Source: Candidatus Poribacteria bacterium
GTDB lineage: Bacteria > Poribacteria > WGA-4E > WGA-3G
Direction: 5' to 3'
NCBI GenBank assembly: GCA_965198235.1
Contig: OZ240248.1
Coordinates: 3,552,001-3,616,000 of the forward strand
Length of the DNA stretch: 64,000 bases
The number at the start of each line of letters is the position of its first letter. Position 1 is the stretch's first letter. This document shows, in pieces, positions 21,103-30,355 of this stretch. The notes under the pieces were generated by a model, which had not been told where the DNA came from, searched no databases, and was given only the letters and a program-made list of their open reading frames with translations. A program made the translations under genes and the position numbers.

Positions 21103-21208
21103 GGAGTGGCTGTCGATCGTAAGTCCCAAGCAACGCGCCGGGACGAATGGACGCCGAGGCACGTTTTAACACGACCCACCTCATCGAACCGCAAGGAAAA
21201 TTAAAAAA

Positions 21209-22306
21209 GTGCGGATTCTCTACGTCATTGATTCCATGACAAAAGACGGTGCCGAATCGCAACTGCTCAAGACATTGGATCGGTTGCCACCGGAGCGGTA
21301 TGAAGCGTCCGTTGTGCTGAGTCGTGCTGAAGGGGAACGCGTCAGGGAACTCGCAGCACTGCCCTGTGTGCGGGAGGTTGCAACACTCACAGGTGAAGGC
21401 AACCGTCCGAGGTTGCTGGAAAAGGCGTTTGCACTCGGTGGCATTATCAATGCTGTTGAACCCGACATCGTGCATAGTTGGTTGTGGTATTCCAATTTCC
21501 TCTGCGGACTCTCCCGTAAATTTGGACTGTGGCGGCAGGTTCCGTTCATCGTTTCACAACGCGGCGACTACCATGCGAGATACGGAAAGTTTCGGCTCTG
21601 GCTTACAGAAAAACTCATCTACAGGACCGCCGATGTCCTTCTGACGAACTCAGCGCAGATCCAAAGACATCTCCACCAGCGGTATCCAGAGAAAAAGATT
21701 TTTAGTATCCCCAATCTATTAGAATTACCCACCGAGACGTGGGCACAGCCACATACGTGTAGCCCCGAAGAGAAGTTAATAGTAAGCGTCGGACGGTTCG
21801 CTCCCGAAAAAGGGCATCGGTATCTGATTGAGGCGTTAAACGTGTTGAACCGAAGATATGTCGCATGGCGATGTACGTTTCTCGGTGACGGTGAACTGGA
21901 AACGGAACTCCGGGCACTTACATCGGAATACGGACTCTCAGAGCGGGTAGCGTTCCCGGGTTTTTGCGAGGATGTTTTTTCTGTGCTTTTGACGGCGGAT
22001 GTCTTTGTGCTGCCGTCGCTACACGAGAGTTCACCGAATGCGCTAATTGAAGCGATGGGGATCGGGATGCCGTGCATTGCATCGGGTGTGGGTGGCATCG
22101 TGGATCTGATAGAAGATGAGAGGAACGGCATCCGGGTGCCGCCACAGGATCCGGCAGCGTTAGCGGCGGCACTGCATCGGGTGTTGACGGAGCCTGACTT
22201 TGCAAGTGAATTGGGTAGAAACGCACGTGCGACGATTCAGCAGAAGTTTGACAGTACGGTGTCTATTCAGAAGTTGGAAGATATTTATCTAAGCGTCGTC
22301 AGTTAA
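21209..22306 (+). CDS. Glycosyltransferase family 4
   Basis: GAESQL, VGRFAPEKG, FVLPSLHESSPNALIEAM. Confidence 0.92.
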   Translation: MRILYVIDSMTKDGAESQLLKTLDRLPPERYEASVVLSRAEGERVRELAALPCVREVATLTGEGNRPRLLEKAFALGGIINAVEPDIVHSWLWYSNFLCGLSRKFGLWRQVPFIVSQRGDYHARYGKFRLWLTEKLIYRTADVLLTNSAQIQRHLHQRYPEKKIFSIPNLLELPTETWAQPHTCSPEEKLIVSVGRFAPEKGHRYLIEALNVLNRRYVAWRCTFLGDGELETELRALTSEYGLSERVAFPGFCEDVFSVLLTADVFVLPSLHESSPNALIEAMGIGMPCIASGVGGIVDLIEDERNGIRVPPQDPAALAAALHRVLTEPDFASELGRNARATIQQKFDSTVSIQKLEDIYLSVVS

Positions 22307-22401
22307 CTGTTGAACAGGACTCTGGTTCAACAGGTCCACCTCTTGACTGACCGCTGATGACTCTTAACTCTGAAGACTGAAAACTGAAAACTATAAAATA
22401 G

Positions 22402-23304
22402 ATGCATAATTTTCTGAAAAATCTGGTTGCAATTTTTGTTTGTCTATCGGGCATGCCAGTTCTCATTCGGGAATGGGTGTGTCGGCATCGGGTTGCTATC
22501 CTCCTGTATCACGACCCGAAACCTTCGATTTTCGGGAAACATATCGCCTATCTCTCGCGCCATTACACGGTTATCTCACTGGATACCCTCGTTGCCGCTG
22601 TCCATCGAAAGGATTTCTCGCAGATCCCCCCGAAAAGCGTTGTGATTACGATCGACGACGGACACGCTGGCAATATCGCACTCCTGCCGATTTTCAAACG
22701 ATACCGCATTCGTCCAACGCTCTACGTCTGCACGCAGATTATTGATACACATCGGCATTTCTGGTTTAAGATAGAGGGACAATCTAAAGCAGAGAAGGAG
22801 AGACTGAAAAGACTCCCGAATGCAGAACGGTTGGCGCGCCTCAAGCATACTGCTGACTTTGCGCCTGAAAAGGTGTATCCAGACAGGCAGGCACTCAATA
22901 TAGTGGAAATGCAAGAGATGGCAGAAAGCGTTGACTTTCAACCGCATACCCAATTCCATCCGATCCTACCGTGCTGTACAGAGACGGAATGTAGACAAGA
23001 AATTCTTGAGAGCAAAGCGGATTTGGAAACGCTTTTGAAGATTGAATGTTCTCATTTCAGTTACCCGAACGGCGATTATACTGAACGCGAGATTGAGATT
23101 GTGAAAGCGGGTGGGTTCCGCTCGGCGCGTACGACGGATATAGGATGGAACACGTTGGATACGCCACTGTATCGACTGAAGGCTGTTCCAATCACTGATG
23201 ACGCTGGACTGATGCTCTTCCGTTCCGAACTCACGACGATTCCCCAACGGCTTAGCAGATGGGTGAATTCTTTATTAAATGGCAGTCGGCATGCTTCGCA
23301 GTGA
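22402..23304 (+). CDS. Polysaccharide deacetylase family protein
   Basis: ILLYH, ITIDDG, HTQFH, FSYPNG. Confidence 0.88.
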   Translation: MHNFLKNLVAIFVCLSGMPVLIREWVCRHRVAILLYHDPKPSIFGKHIAYLSRHYTVISLDTLVAAVHRKDFSQIPPKSVVITIDDGHAGNIALLPIFKRYRIRPTLYVCTQIIDTHRHFWFKIEGQSKAEKERLKRLPNAERLARLKHTADFAPEKVYPDRQALNIVEMQEMAESVDFQPHTQFHPILPCCTETECRQEILESKADLETLLKIECSHFSYPNGDYTEREIEIVKAGGFRSARTTDIGWNTLDTPLYRLKAVPITDDAGLMLFRSELTTIPQRLSRWVNSLLNGSRHASQ

Positions 23305-23427
23305 GAACTATCGGCTTTCAGCGAGTACCCTCACGATTTTCATAAACGATTGTCATCCAAAGGAAACTGGGGATATTTAGAAAAATCTTTTTGCCGACGG
23401 CTGGTTGCTGTTATAGGGAGAAGTCGT

Positions 23428-24111
23428 TTGACAAAATGGCACCGTGCCTACATCCAGAACGCTTACCGCGAATTAGAAGATGGCATAACACGAAGGCAAC
23501 TCGATACGCTGGGCATCAATGCTACCGGCAAAAGGGTGTTAGATGTCGGGTGTGGACCGGGGAATCTTCTTGTTGCCCTCTCCACCGATACTCCAGAACT
23601 CCTTGTTGGTGTCGATAGAGATGCGATTTTCTTGGTGTCCGGACGTTCTCAAATCGGGAAGTTAATAGAGCCGTCTTCTGTAGATCCTGTTTTGCTTCGC
23701 GCCTCGCTTCCGATCCTGCCGTTTGCAGACGAGACTTTTGATCTCGTTACCTGCCTCCTCGTTATGCCGCATGTTCCTGACGACAAAACCGCCTTAATTG
23801 AACTGGCGCGAGTCTTGAAACCGGGAGGTACCCTCGTGATCTCTGGACACGGCTTGGGGTTTCCTCTCAGGTATCTCAAACGCTTCAAGCTGAAGCCGCT
23901 GCAGATGTACCTCGCCAGTCTGATTTATAGGTGCACTGGGAAAAAATGGATCCGGAACACACTGCAAAACGATAAGAGAATCTGCGACACCTTAAAGCGT
24001 ATCGGTGTGATGCCAGAGGTGCGGTACTACAACAAAAAGGTACTCGGATGCGTTGCGACTTACTGGATTAAGGCGATTAAGAGTGAAGTTAGTCCTAAAG
24101 CGACACAGTAG
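23428..24111 (+). CDS. Class I SAM-dependent methyltransferase
   Basis: VLDVGCGPG, LPFADETFDLV, RVLKPGG. Start is uncertain: TTG 23428 follows GGGAG, but the ORF extends to 23350. Confidence 0.85.
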   Translation: MTKWHRAYIQNAYRELEDGITRRQLDTLGINATGKRVLDVGCGPGNLLVALSTDTPELLVGVDRDAIFLVSGRSQIGKLIEPSSVDPVLLRASLPILPFADETFDLVTCLLVMPHVPDDKTALIELARVLKPGGTLVISGHGLGFPLRYLKRFKLKPLQMYLASLIYRCTGKKWIRNTLQNDKRICDTLKRIGVMPEVRYYNKKVLGCVATYWIKAIKSEVSPKATQ

Positions 24112-24899
24112 TAGGAAAAGAGTGAGAATTTGCCTCGGTTTAGCATGACTAATAGGAATCGTAACGCGATATAGCCGACAATAAACGAAGCGAGCATCCC
24201 GGTTCCTACGATGTGAAACGGGATCGCCGTGTCTCCGACATCTCGGATTTTGAGAGCAACCGCGCCAAGTATCGCGGGAATTGAGAGTAGAAAGGAATAT
24301 TCCGCGGCGGTTTTTGCCGGAATCCCTAAAAATAGTGCCAACGAGATTGTCGTGCCGGAACGGGAGATGCCCGGTGTAATTGCGCATCCTTGTGCAATTC
24401 CGATGAGCGGGGCATGCCACGTTTTCAATTCTTCGGTAGAGGTATCGGGACTATCCGTTTTCTCTCTGCGGAGTCGGGGTAGTTGGAGAATAACGCCGGT
24501 GAGGATTAACATGATGCTTACGAGGCGGACCTCATCGAAAAAAGACTCTAATTGGGTCTTGAACACCACTGCGATAATTCCCGTTGGAATGGAGCCGATG
24601 AGTATCAGCCATATAAACTTGAGTTCTGCCGATGTGTTGAGTGTCGCCTTCGGTTGTCGCCAAAATCGGGTATCTCTGAGTGCAGAAAGCCCGCCTATTA
24701 CTAATCTTCCTATCGCATCACGATACGCGACAAGCACGGCGGCTAACGTTCCTACGTGAAGCATTACATCAAAAAAGACGAGGGGTTCCTTGAGTCCGAG
24801 GAATTGCTGTGCCAAGACGAGGTGTCCTGAGCTACTGACCGGTAGGAATTCTGTTAAACCTTGTAAAATCCCGAGAAGAATCGCTTCAAGAAATGTCAT
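24060..24899 (-). CDS. uppP: Undecaprenyl-diphosphatase
   Basis: QGLTEFLPVSSSGHL and PGISRSGTTI motifs. Start ATG 24899. Confidence 0.95.
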   Translation of the reverse strand: MTFLEAILLGILQGLTEFLPVSSSGHLVLAQQFLGLKEPLVFFDVMLHVGTLAAVLVAYRDAIGRLVIGGLSALRDTRFWRQPKATLNTSAELKFIWLILIGSIPTGIIAVVFKTQLESFFDEVRLVSIMLILTGVILQLPRLRREKTDSPDTSTEELKTWHAPLIGIAQGCAITPGISRSGTTISLALFLGIPAKTAAEYSFLLSIPAILGAVALKIRDVGDTAIPFHIVGTGMLASFIVGYIALRFLLVMLNRGKFSLFSYYCVALGLTSLLIALIQ

Positions 24900-25105
24900 G
24901 GGGTTATTGTAGCACTTAAGTTCTCGGCTTTCAAGGCGAAATTTTGGTGGGTAAAGGGTTGCGTATTTAACAACTGCCGACAACCGATTGCTGACAGCCG
25001 ATTGCCATTGCTCATTGCTATAATTTGGGGAATGTTGTATAATGCATTGACACTGTTCGATATTTGTGTTAAAATTCTTGTTAAAATTCTGAAGGAGGCA
25101 CAAGA

Positions 25106-25882
25106 ATGCGTGGAAATCTAATCCTGTTGGGGCTTACGGCGATCTGTGTATTTGCGGTGAGTCTCTCTTATGCTATCGAGGAAGAAGACATCCTCGTCTA
25201 TTATTCTTTTGATAAGTTAAGTGGTAATAAAGTCATCGATGATTCTGGCAACGGAAATGATGCAGAATTGTCTGGAAAGGGTTCGCTTGTTAAGGGGGCG
25301 TTCAATAAAGCCATCCAGCTGAACGGTGGTGTCGTCCAAATGGAACAGAATGACTTTATCGTTCCAATTGGAGTAAACGGAGAAATTACGATGGAAGCGT
25401 GGTTTTTCCTGAATCAGCACGCCTCATACGATGGGATTATCTCGATTGAAGCCGCTGCGGGTGGATGTTGCGAATTCCGTACGATGGTGAACCCCGGTTT
25501 CAACCCATTTTGGGATGCTGGACATCACGCCGATAAGAGTCTCGGGAACTATAAGTTTGAATTGAAAGAGTGGTACCACTACGTTATGGTTGCCGATGGG
25601 AAAGATGCCAAAATCTATGTCAACGGCGAATTTATCGGCTCACAGCCGGAGAATTTTAAGTGGCCCAAGTTCAAAGAGGCAGCGATTTACATCGGTGCGG
25701 GTGAAAATCCGACCCTCCACAAAGTCGAGGACGCGATTATTGATGAAGTCGTCATATACGCGAAAGCGTTGACTGAAGAAGAGGTCAAGACATCGATGGA
25801 ACTGAGTGTGCCGGTGGTACTTGACGTTGAAGCCCGCGACAAGTTGGCGGTGACATGGGGAGAGTTGAAAACCGATTTCTAA
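25106..25882 (+). CDS. Secreted LamG-like (concanavalin A-like) domain protein with C-terminal TWGxLK motif
   Basis: Signal peptide, DDSGNGND, EWYHYVMVADG...IYVNG, IDEVVIYAKALT, ends VEARDKLAVTWGELKTDF. Confidence 0.88.
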   Translation: MRGNLILLGLTAICVFAVSLSYAIEEEDILVYYSFDKLSGNKVIDDSGNGNDAELSGKGSLVKGAFNKAIQLNGGVVQMEQNDFIVPIGVNGEITMEAWFFLNQHASYDGIISIEAAAGGCCEFRTMVNPGFNPFWDAGHHADKSLGNYKFELKEWYHYVMVADGKDAKIYVNGEFIGSQPENFKWPKFKEAAIYIGAGENPTLHKVEDAIIDEVVIYAKALTEEEVKTSMELSVPVVLDVEARDKLAVTWGELKTDF

Positions 25883-25938
25883 AACAATTTGTGGGGCGAG
25901 GCACTTCCACCTCAGCCCTACACTTATTCGGAGACGCT

Positions 25939-26331
25939 ATGAAATTAGGATTCTTATCAAAAATTTTTGAAAGTGCGTTGAGTATAGAAAAAACATATAA
26001 CCAATGCGATAACGCACTGAGCGAACTAAAAGCCTACAATCAAAAATGCCAAGAGGCGGATTTTCGGATATCAGATGAAGACAAAGCGGAATTGGACGAG
26101 GTTGTCAATACCGCTCTCACAAATGCTACCCGTATCATTGATAGGGAAGGCGATCGAAATTGGCCCGGTGTGTTTCGGGAAATGCACAAGAATTTGGCAA
26201 GCCTCTATTTGGAACTTGACGAACACGATAAGGTCCGAGCCGCATGTGAACGCCTCCATGACTATGGCGAGACCGGTAGGCTGGATGCCGATGAGGTGCT
26301 GCAGAGCCTCAAGGAGAAAGAGGATTCTTAA
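25939..26331 (+). CDS. Hypothetical alpha-helical (TPR-like) protein
   Basis: RBS GGAG and ATG 25939, 130 aa, acidic and helical. Confidence 0.6.
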   Translation: MKLGFLSKIFESALSIEKTYNQCDNALSELKAYNQKCQEADFRISDEDKAELDEVVNTALTNATRIIDREGDRNWPGVFREMHKNLASLYLELDEHDKVRAACERLHDYGETGRLDADEVLQSLKEKEDS

Positions 26332-26386
26332 TATTCCTTGCGGTTCGGTAAGGTAGGTTGGAGACTTCACATTCCTTTACGTAGAC

Positions 26387-26414
26387 CCGCCTTCCACTAC
26401 GTTTCAGGCTACGC
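26387..26414 (+). repeat. CCGCCYTCCACTACGTT..RGGCTACG short repeat
   Basis: Second copy near 44047-44073. Confidence 0.55.
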
Positions 26415-26512
26415 ACTTTGGAAGAAGGGAAGAAAGGAGGGAAGGCGAAAGCACTTCTTAACGGCAAGTTTTTGCTTGCGAGTTACGTCAGAAGTACCGC
26501 AGGGAGGCGAAA

Positions 26513-28429
26513 ATGCAATTCCTAAACCCTGCCGCGTTTTATCTGCTGGGCGTTATTCCGATTGTGGTGGCACTTCACTTTCTGAAATTACGCCGCCATA
26601 CCCGCCTCGTTCCGAGCATTATGTTTTGGCTCTCCACTGACGAAGACCGGAGAGCAAATGTCCCTTTCCAACGACTCCGTAACCTACTCCTCCCACTGCT
26701 ACAGGTGCTGTTTTTGTTGCTCCTCATTTTCAGCGTCGCGCGCCCCGCGCTACGTAGACCCGGATTCATGCCCGGAAAAGCAATCCTCATCCTTGATAAT
26801 TCCGCGAGTATGTCGTCGAAAGAGATGGGGCAAACCCGCCTCACACTCGCAAAACAGGAAGCACAGCAGTACATTAAAGAGGTTGCCGCGAGCGGTGGGA
26901 TGATGCTCATGGTGACGAATTCCCCTGAAACCTACATCCAACAAGCTTTTACAACGGATACCTCGAAACTCCAGCAAGCGATAGCAGACATCGCTCAGAC
27001 CCATGCACCGCGTAATCTACGTCCTGTCTTCGATGCAGCGACACGCTATGCGGATTCGCCGCAAGACAAGATTGTCTTTATCAGTGGGACGTTTGAAAAC
27101 CTACCCGATACATCGCTGCCGGTACAGAAAATCAGAGTGGGTGGGAATGCAGAGAATATCGGTATCGTTCGGTTCAGCGTTGAGATGTTAGAGGATCGTT
27201 ATGAAGTCCTAATCGGCATTCAAAATTTTACGGATACGCCGACGGAATTAGACGTTCAATTGGCGGTGGAGAATGTTCCACTTGATGATAGAACGATGTC
27301 TATTCCTCCGGGTGAAACCAAATCGGTGCTGTTTTCAGGGGATCCGAGTGGTTTAGAGGGAAAGATTCTTAGCGGGCATCTTAATGTGGATGATGACTTT
27401 CCACTTGATAACAGTGTTTGGGCACTCCTATCTGCTGTCCCGTCACTGCGAATTTTGCTTGTGAGCGACAATCGAAAATCGTTGCTACCTGAACTTTTGA
27501 AATCTTATGGAGATCACGTTAAACTGGATTTGGTTGAGCCAGCGGATTATCACGGCACTGGCGATGCGGATGTCGCAATCTTTGATGGTGGCACGCTCGC
27601 TGGACGCGAGGCTATCGGCCCCCCCACGTTATATGGAAGGTCTGAAATTGCCTCTGGAACGGCTTTGGTCTTCATCGCACCCGGTAACAACCTGCCTTTC
27701 ATTCGGGAAGATGTTCCGATTGTTGAAACGGAGACAACACCTGCGCGCGTTATCAAAGAGGATGGGAATCACCCGCTCATGGAGAGTGTATCGCTGCAGG
27801 GGTTACAGGTAAGCGAGTCTATACACCGAGCGTTGCCACTCTGGGGGCGTTCGCTTGTTGAAACAGAGCAAGGGGCGTTGATATGGCTCGGTAGCAGATC
27901 AGACGCTCGACTTCTTGTTTTCGAGTTCGACGCGTTTAACCCCGAAATCTCTACGTTTGCGCTGACTGTTCCCGATGGACCGCAATTTATCTATCAGTGT
28001 TTAGCGTGGTTTGAAGCGGGAACTGCCCCACTGCAGCCGCTCGAGTCTCAAGGCGGTGGAACCCGGCACGCGTTCCGAACTGGAGAACAGGTGAGGGTCG
28101 CGTTGACACGCGAGGGACGCACGCTTCACGTGCAGAAACCGGATGAAACGAGGGTTGGATTGGATAGTCCGATATTCACTGAAACGGATCAGATTGGAGT
28201 TTACACCCTTTTTGCTAATGATGTGCAGCTTGAACGGTTCACGGTCAATTTGCTGAACGTTACGGAATCGGCACTGTCGCTTTCACCAACAGCAGCGATT
28301 GCAGACCCTTCAATGGATGTAGAAGGCGGATTGCAACCGATGGTGCAGGAGATATGGCGTTGGTTTGCGCTTGCGGCACTCCTGCTTCTCCTGTTGGAGT
28401 GGTGGTTTTATCATCGGAGTAGTCTGTGA
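26513..28429 (+). CDS. BatA and vWA domain-containing membrane protein
   Basis: N-terminal MQFLNP...LHFLK...PS BatA motif, MIDAS DNSASM, C-terminal TM ...LLLLLEWW. Confidence 0.88.
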   Translation: MQFLNPAAFYLLGVIPIVVALHFLKLRRHTRLVPSIMFWLSTDEDRRANVPFQRLRNLLLPLLQVLFLLLLIFSVARPALRRPGFMPGKAILILDNSASMSSKEMGQTRLTLAKQEAQQYIKEVAASGGMMLMVTNSPETYIQQAFTTDTSKLQQAIADIAQTHAPRNLRPVFDAATRYADSPQDKIVFISGTFENLPDTSLPVQKIRVGGNAENIGIVRFSVEMLEDRYEVLIGIQNFTDTPTELDVQLAVENVPLDDRTMSIPPGETKSVLFSGDPSGLEGKILSGHLNVDDDFPLDNSVWALLSAVPSLRILLVSDNRKSLLPELLKSYGDHVKLDLVEPADYHGTGDADVAIFDGGTLAGREAIGPPTLYGRSEIASGTALVFIAPGNNLPFIREDVPIVETETTPARVIKEDGNHPLMESVSLQGLQVSESIHRALPLWGRSLVETEQGALIWLGSRSDARLLVFEFDAFNPEISTFALTVPDGPQFIYQCLAWFEAGTAPLQPLESQGGGTRHAFRTGEQVRVALTREGRTLHVQKPDETRVGLDSPIFTETDQIGVYTLFANDVQLERFTVNLLNVTESALSLSPTAAIADPSMDVEGGLQPMVQEIWRWFALAALLLLLLEWWFYHRSSL

Positions 28430-28602
28430 GTAGAATCGTTTTTGTGGTGAAACATATTGCCGATGAAGTGTTGCTGGCGAGGTGTTTCTGCGTATTTCTG
28501 CGTATTTCTTTTTCCCCAAGGAAACCTCGCCAGCGATAGCGTAGAAGTCTAAATTCTACTATTTCTTACGACAATCGCGATGCCTACTGTCTTCTTTTAA
28601 TT

Positions 28603-30231
28603 CTATTCAATGTCTATGGCACTCAGAATTCTCTGAAGCAGTTGGGCTTTTGGTATCACTCCTGCTAAACGATCAACAGCCTTTCCATCTTGGAACACGA
28701 TATAAGTCGGAGTTGCTCTGACCGGATATTTTTGGAGCGTTTGTCGACCATTCTTAATATTCAGTTTCGCGACAGCAAACGTGTTCCGTTTCTCTAAGGC
28801 AATTTCGGCGACAACTGGCGCCATCTGTCGACAGAACGGTCAGCCATCCTTTATAAACTCAAGCAGGATAGGAACTTCTGATCCGAGCACAAGGGTATTA
28901 AACGTCGCATCCGTGACTTCAAATGGGATGCCGGAGGTTTTACTGGCGGTGGTAAAACTAATGTTGATGTCGGTTGAATTGCCAGCAGCGTCCTTGACTT
29001 TCCCCGCAATGACGTAGGTTATCTCGTTGCCAAGTTCTTTGCCTTTTACCAATTCAAGCGTTCCCTTATTGCCTGCAATTTTGCCGAGCCATCCGACATC
29101 AGCACCTGCTGCGGTTTGCAGTGCGATGTTGCCGGTTACCTCTTCGCTGAATTCGACTTGTATGCGCCCACCACTGTTAAGTGCTTCAGGGTCAACGTCC
29201 TTATCACCGTCATTGACGCTTCCGCTGGTAATTTTGGGTGCCTCGGTGTCTGGTACAGCGACGGTATAAGCGAGCGTCTGGTTTCCATCTGCCCAAGTGA
29301 TCGTCAAAGCGAGGGGACCTGGGTCGAAGGGACCCGTGATTCGCATCCGTTTGCCAATGATTCGAGCCGTTCCTGTGCTTACAGTGACATCCTCTGGTGG
29401 ATTGTCAAAAGTAAGGGTGATGGTATCGTCGGCAGCGAGTTCCGAGTTGCCTGCTGGGTTCGCGCTAACGAACGCTGCGGGGGGTCTGATGGTATAGTTG
29501 AGCGTCTGAGTGCCATCCGCCCAAGTGACGGTCAATATGAGTGCGCCTGGGTCGAAGGGACCTGCGATTTTCACAGTTTTGTCAGTGACTGTGGTGGTGC
29601 CTGCGCTCACCGTAACATCCTCTGGTGGGTTATCAAAAGTAAGGGTAATGGTATCGTCCACAGTTAGTTGCGATTGGACTGCTGGATTCGCGCTAATGAA
29701 CGCTGCCGGGGTTCTGATGGTATAATCGAGCGTTTGGGCTCCGCCATTCCAAGTAAGCGTCAGGGCAAGGGGACCTGGGTCAAAGGGACCTGTGATTGTC
29801 ACGATTTTGCCATCGACTGTAGCGACCCCTGCGCTCACTGTAACGTCCTCTGGTGGGTTGTCCAAGGTAACGGTGATAGTATCATCTACGTCAAGCTGCA
29901 AGTCGGTTGCTGGATCCGCTCTAAGAAACACCGGAGTACTAACAAAGACTACAGGCGGAGGGATAGTTTTGCCGAAGTTTGCGGCGACGAGCGTCAGATC
30001 GAGGATATTGACGGTGCCGTCCCCGTTGACATCTGGGTTAGGGGATTGGTCTGCGGTGGGTGTCGCTCCGAAGTTTGCGGCGACGAGCGTCAGATCGAGA
30101 ATGTTTATCGCGCCGTCGGCGTTGACATCAGATGCTCTTAGGGTGTCGAGATCCACATCTTGTGTATAGCCTACGGTTAAATTAGTGAGGATTAAACAGG
30201 TCGTTAGGAATAAAACGGTGATTTTTTTCAT
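28603..30231 (-). CDS. Putative secreted selenoprotein (542 aa): signal peptide, dockerin, 3x76-aa repeats, Ig-like domain, thioredoxin with UPFC
   Basis: ORFs 28840-30231 and 28603-28824 are in one frame, joined by TGA(28842-28840)-CCG-TTC-TGT-CGA-CAG. The thioredoxin fold spans the TGA (VTDATFNTLVLGSEVPILLEF...U-P-F-C...RATPT). Confidence 0.85.
28809..28830 (-). promoter_or_regulatory. Candidate bacterial SECIS hairpin
   Basis: mRNA CGACAGAUG-GCGC-CAGUUGUCG starts about 10 nt after the UGA and has a G-initiated apical loop. Confidence 0.5.
29257..29934 (-). repeat. Three tandem 228-bp (76-aa) intragenic repeats
   Basis: F102, F178 and F254 are in register. Shared DDTITLTFDNPPEDVTVSAG...ITGPFDPGPLALTITW. 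Confidence 0.9.
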
Positions 30232-30252
30232 CTGTTTTTCTCCGTGGATAGT

Positions 30253-30320
30253 TTATGCTTGTGTGCCGTGCCATTCTTGAACTGCTTCGGAAATCGCTGG
30301 CAGATTTTCGATTGTGGTTT
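30253..30320 (-). pseudogene. Degenerate duplicate of the 3' end of the MtaA/CmuA gene (duplication scar)
   Basis: tgccattcttgaactgcttcgg...atcgct...agatt.tcgattgt.gttt matches 30985-31052. Confidence 0.8.
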
Positions 30321-30355
30321 TACCACCGAAGCTACAAGTAGGAAATTATATAACT

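Noticed and set aside
24900-25103. N-terminal extensions of uppP, hisC (17127), the antiporter (51520), the enolase (53797) and the short selenoprotein (31069)
   Set aside because: The extensions cover promoter, repeat or neighbouring-gene sequence. Downstream starts match family N-termini and, for most, an RBS.
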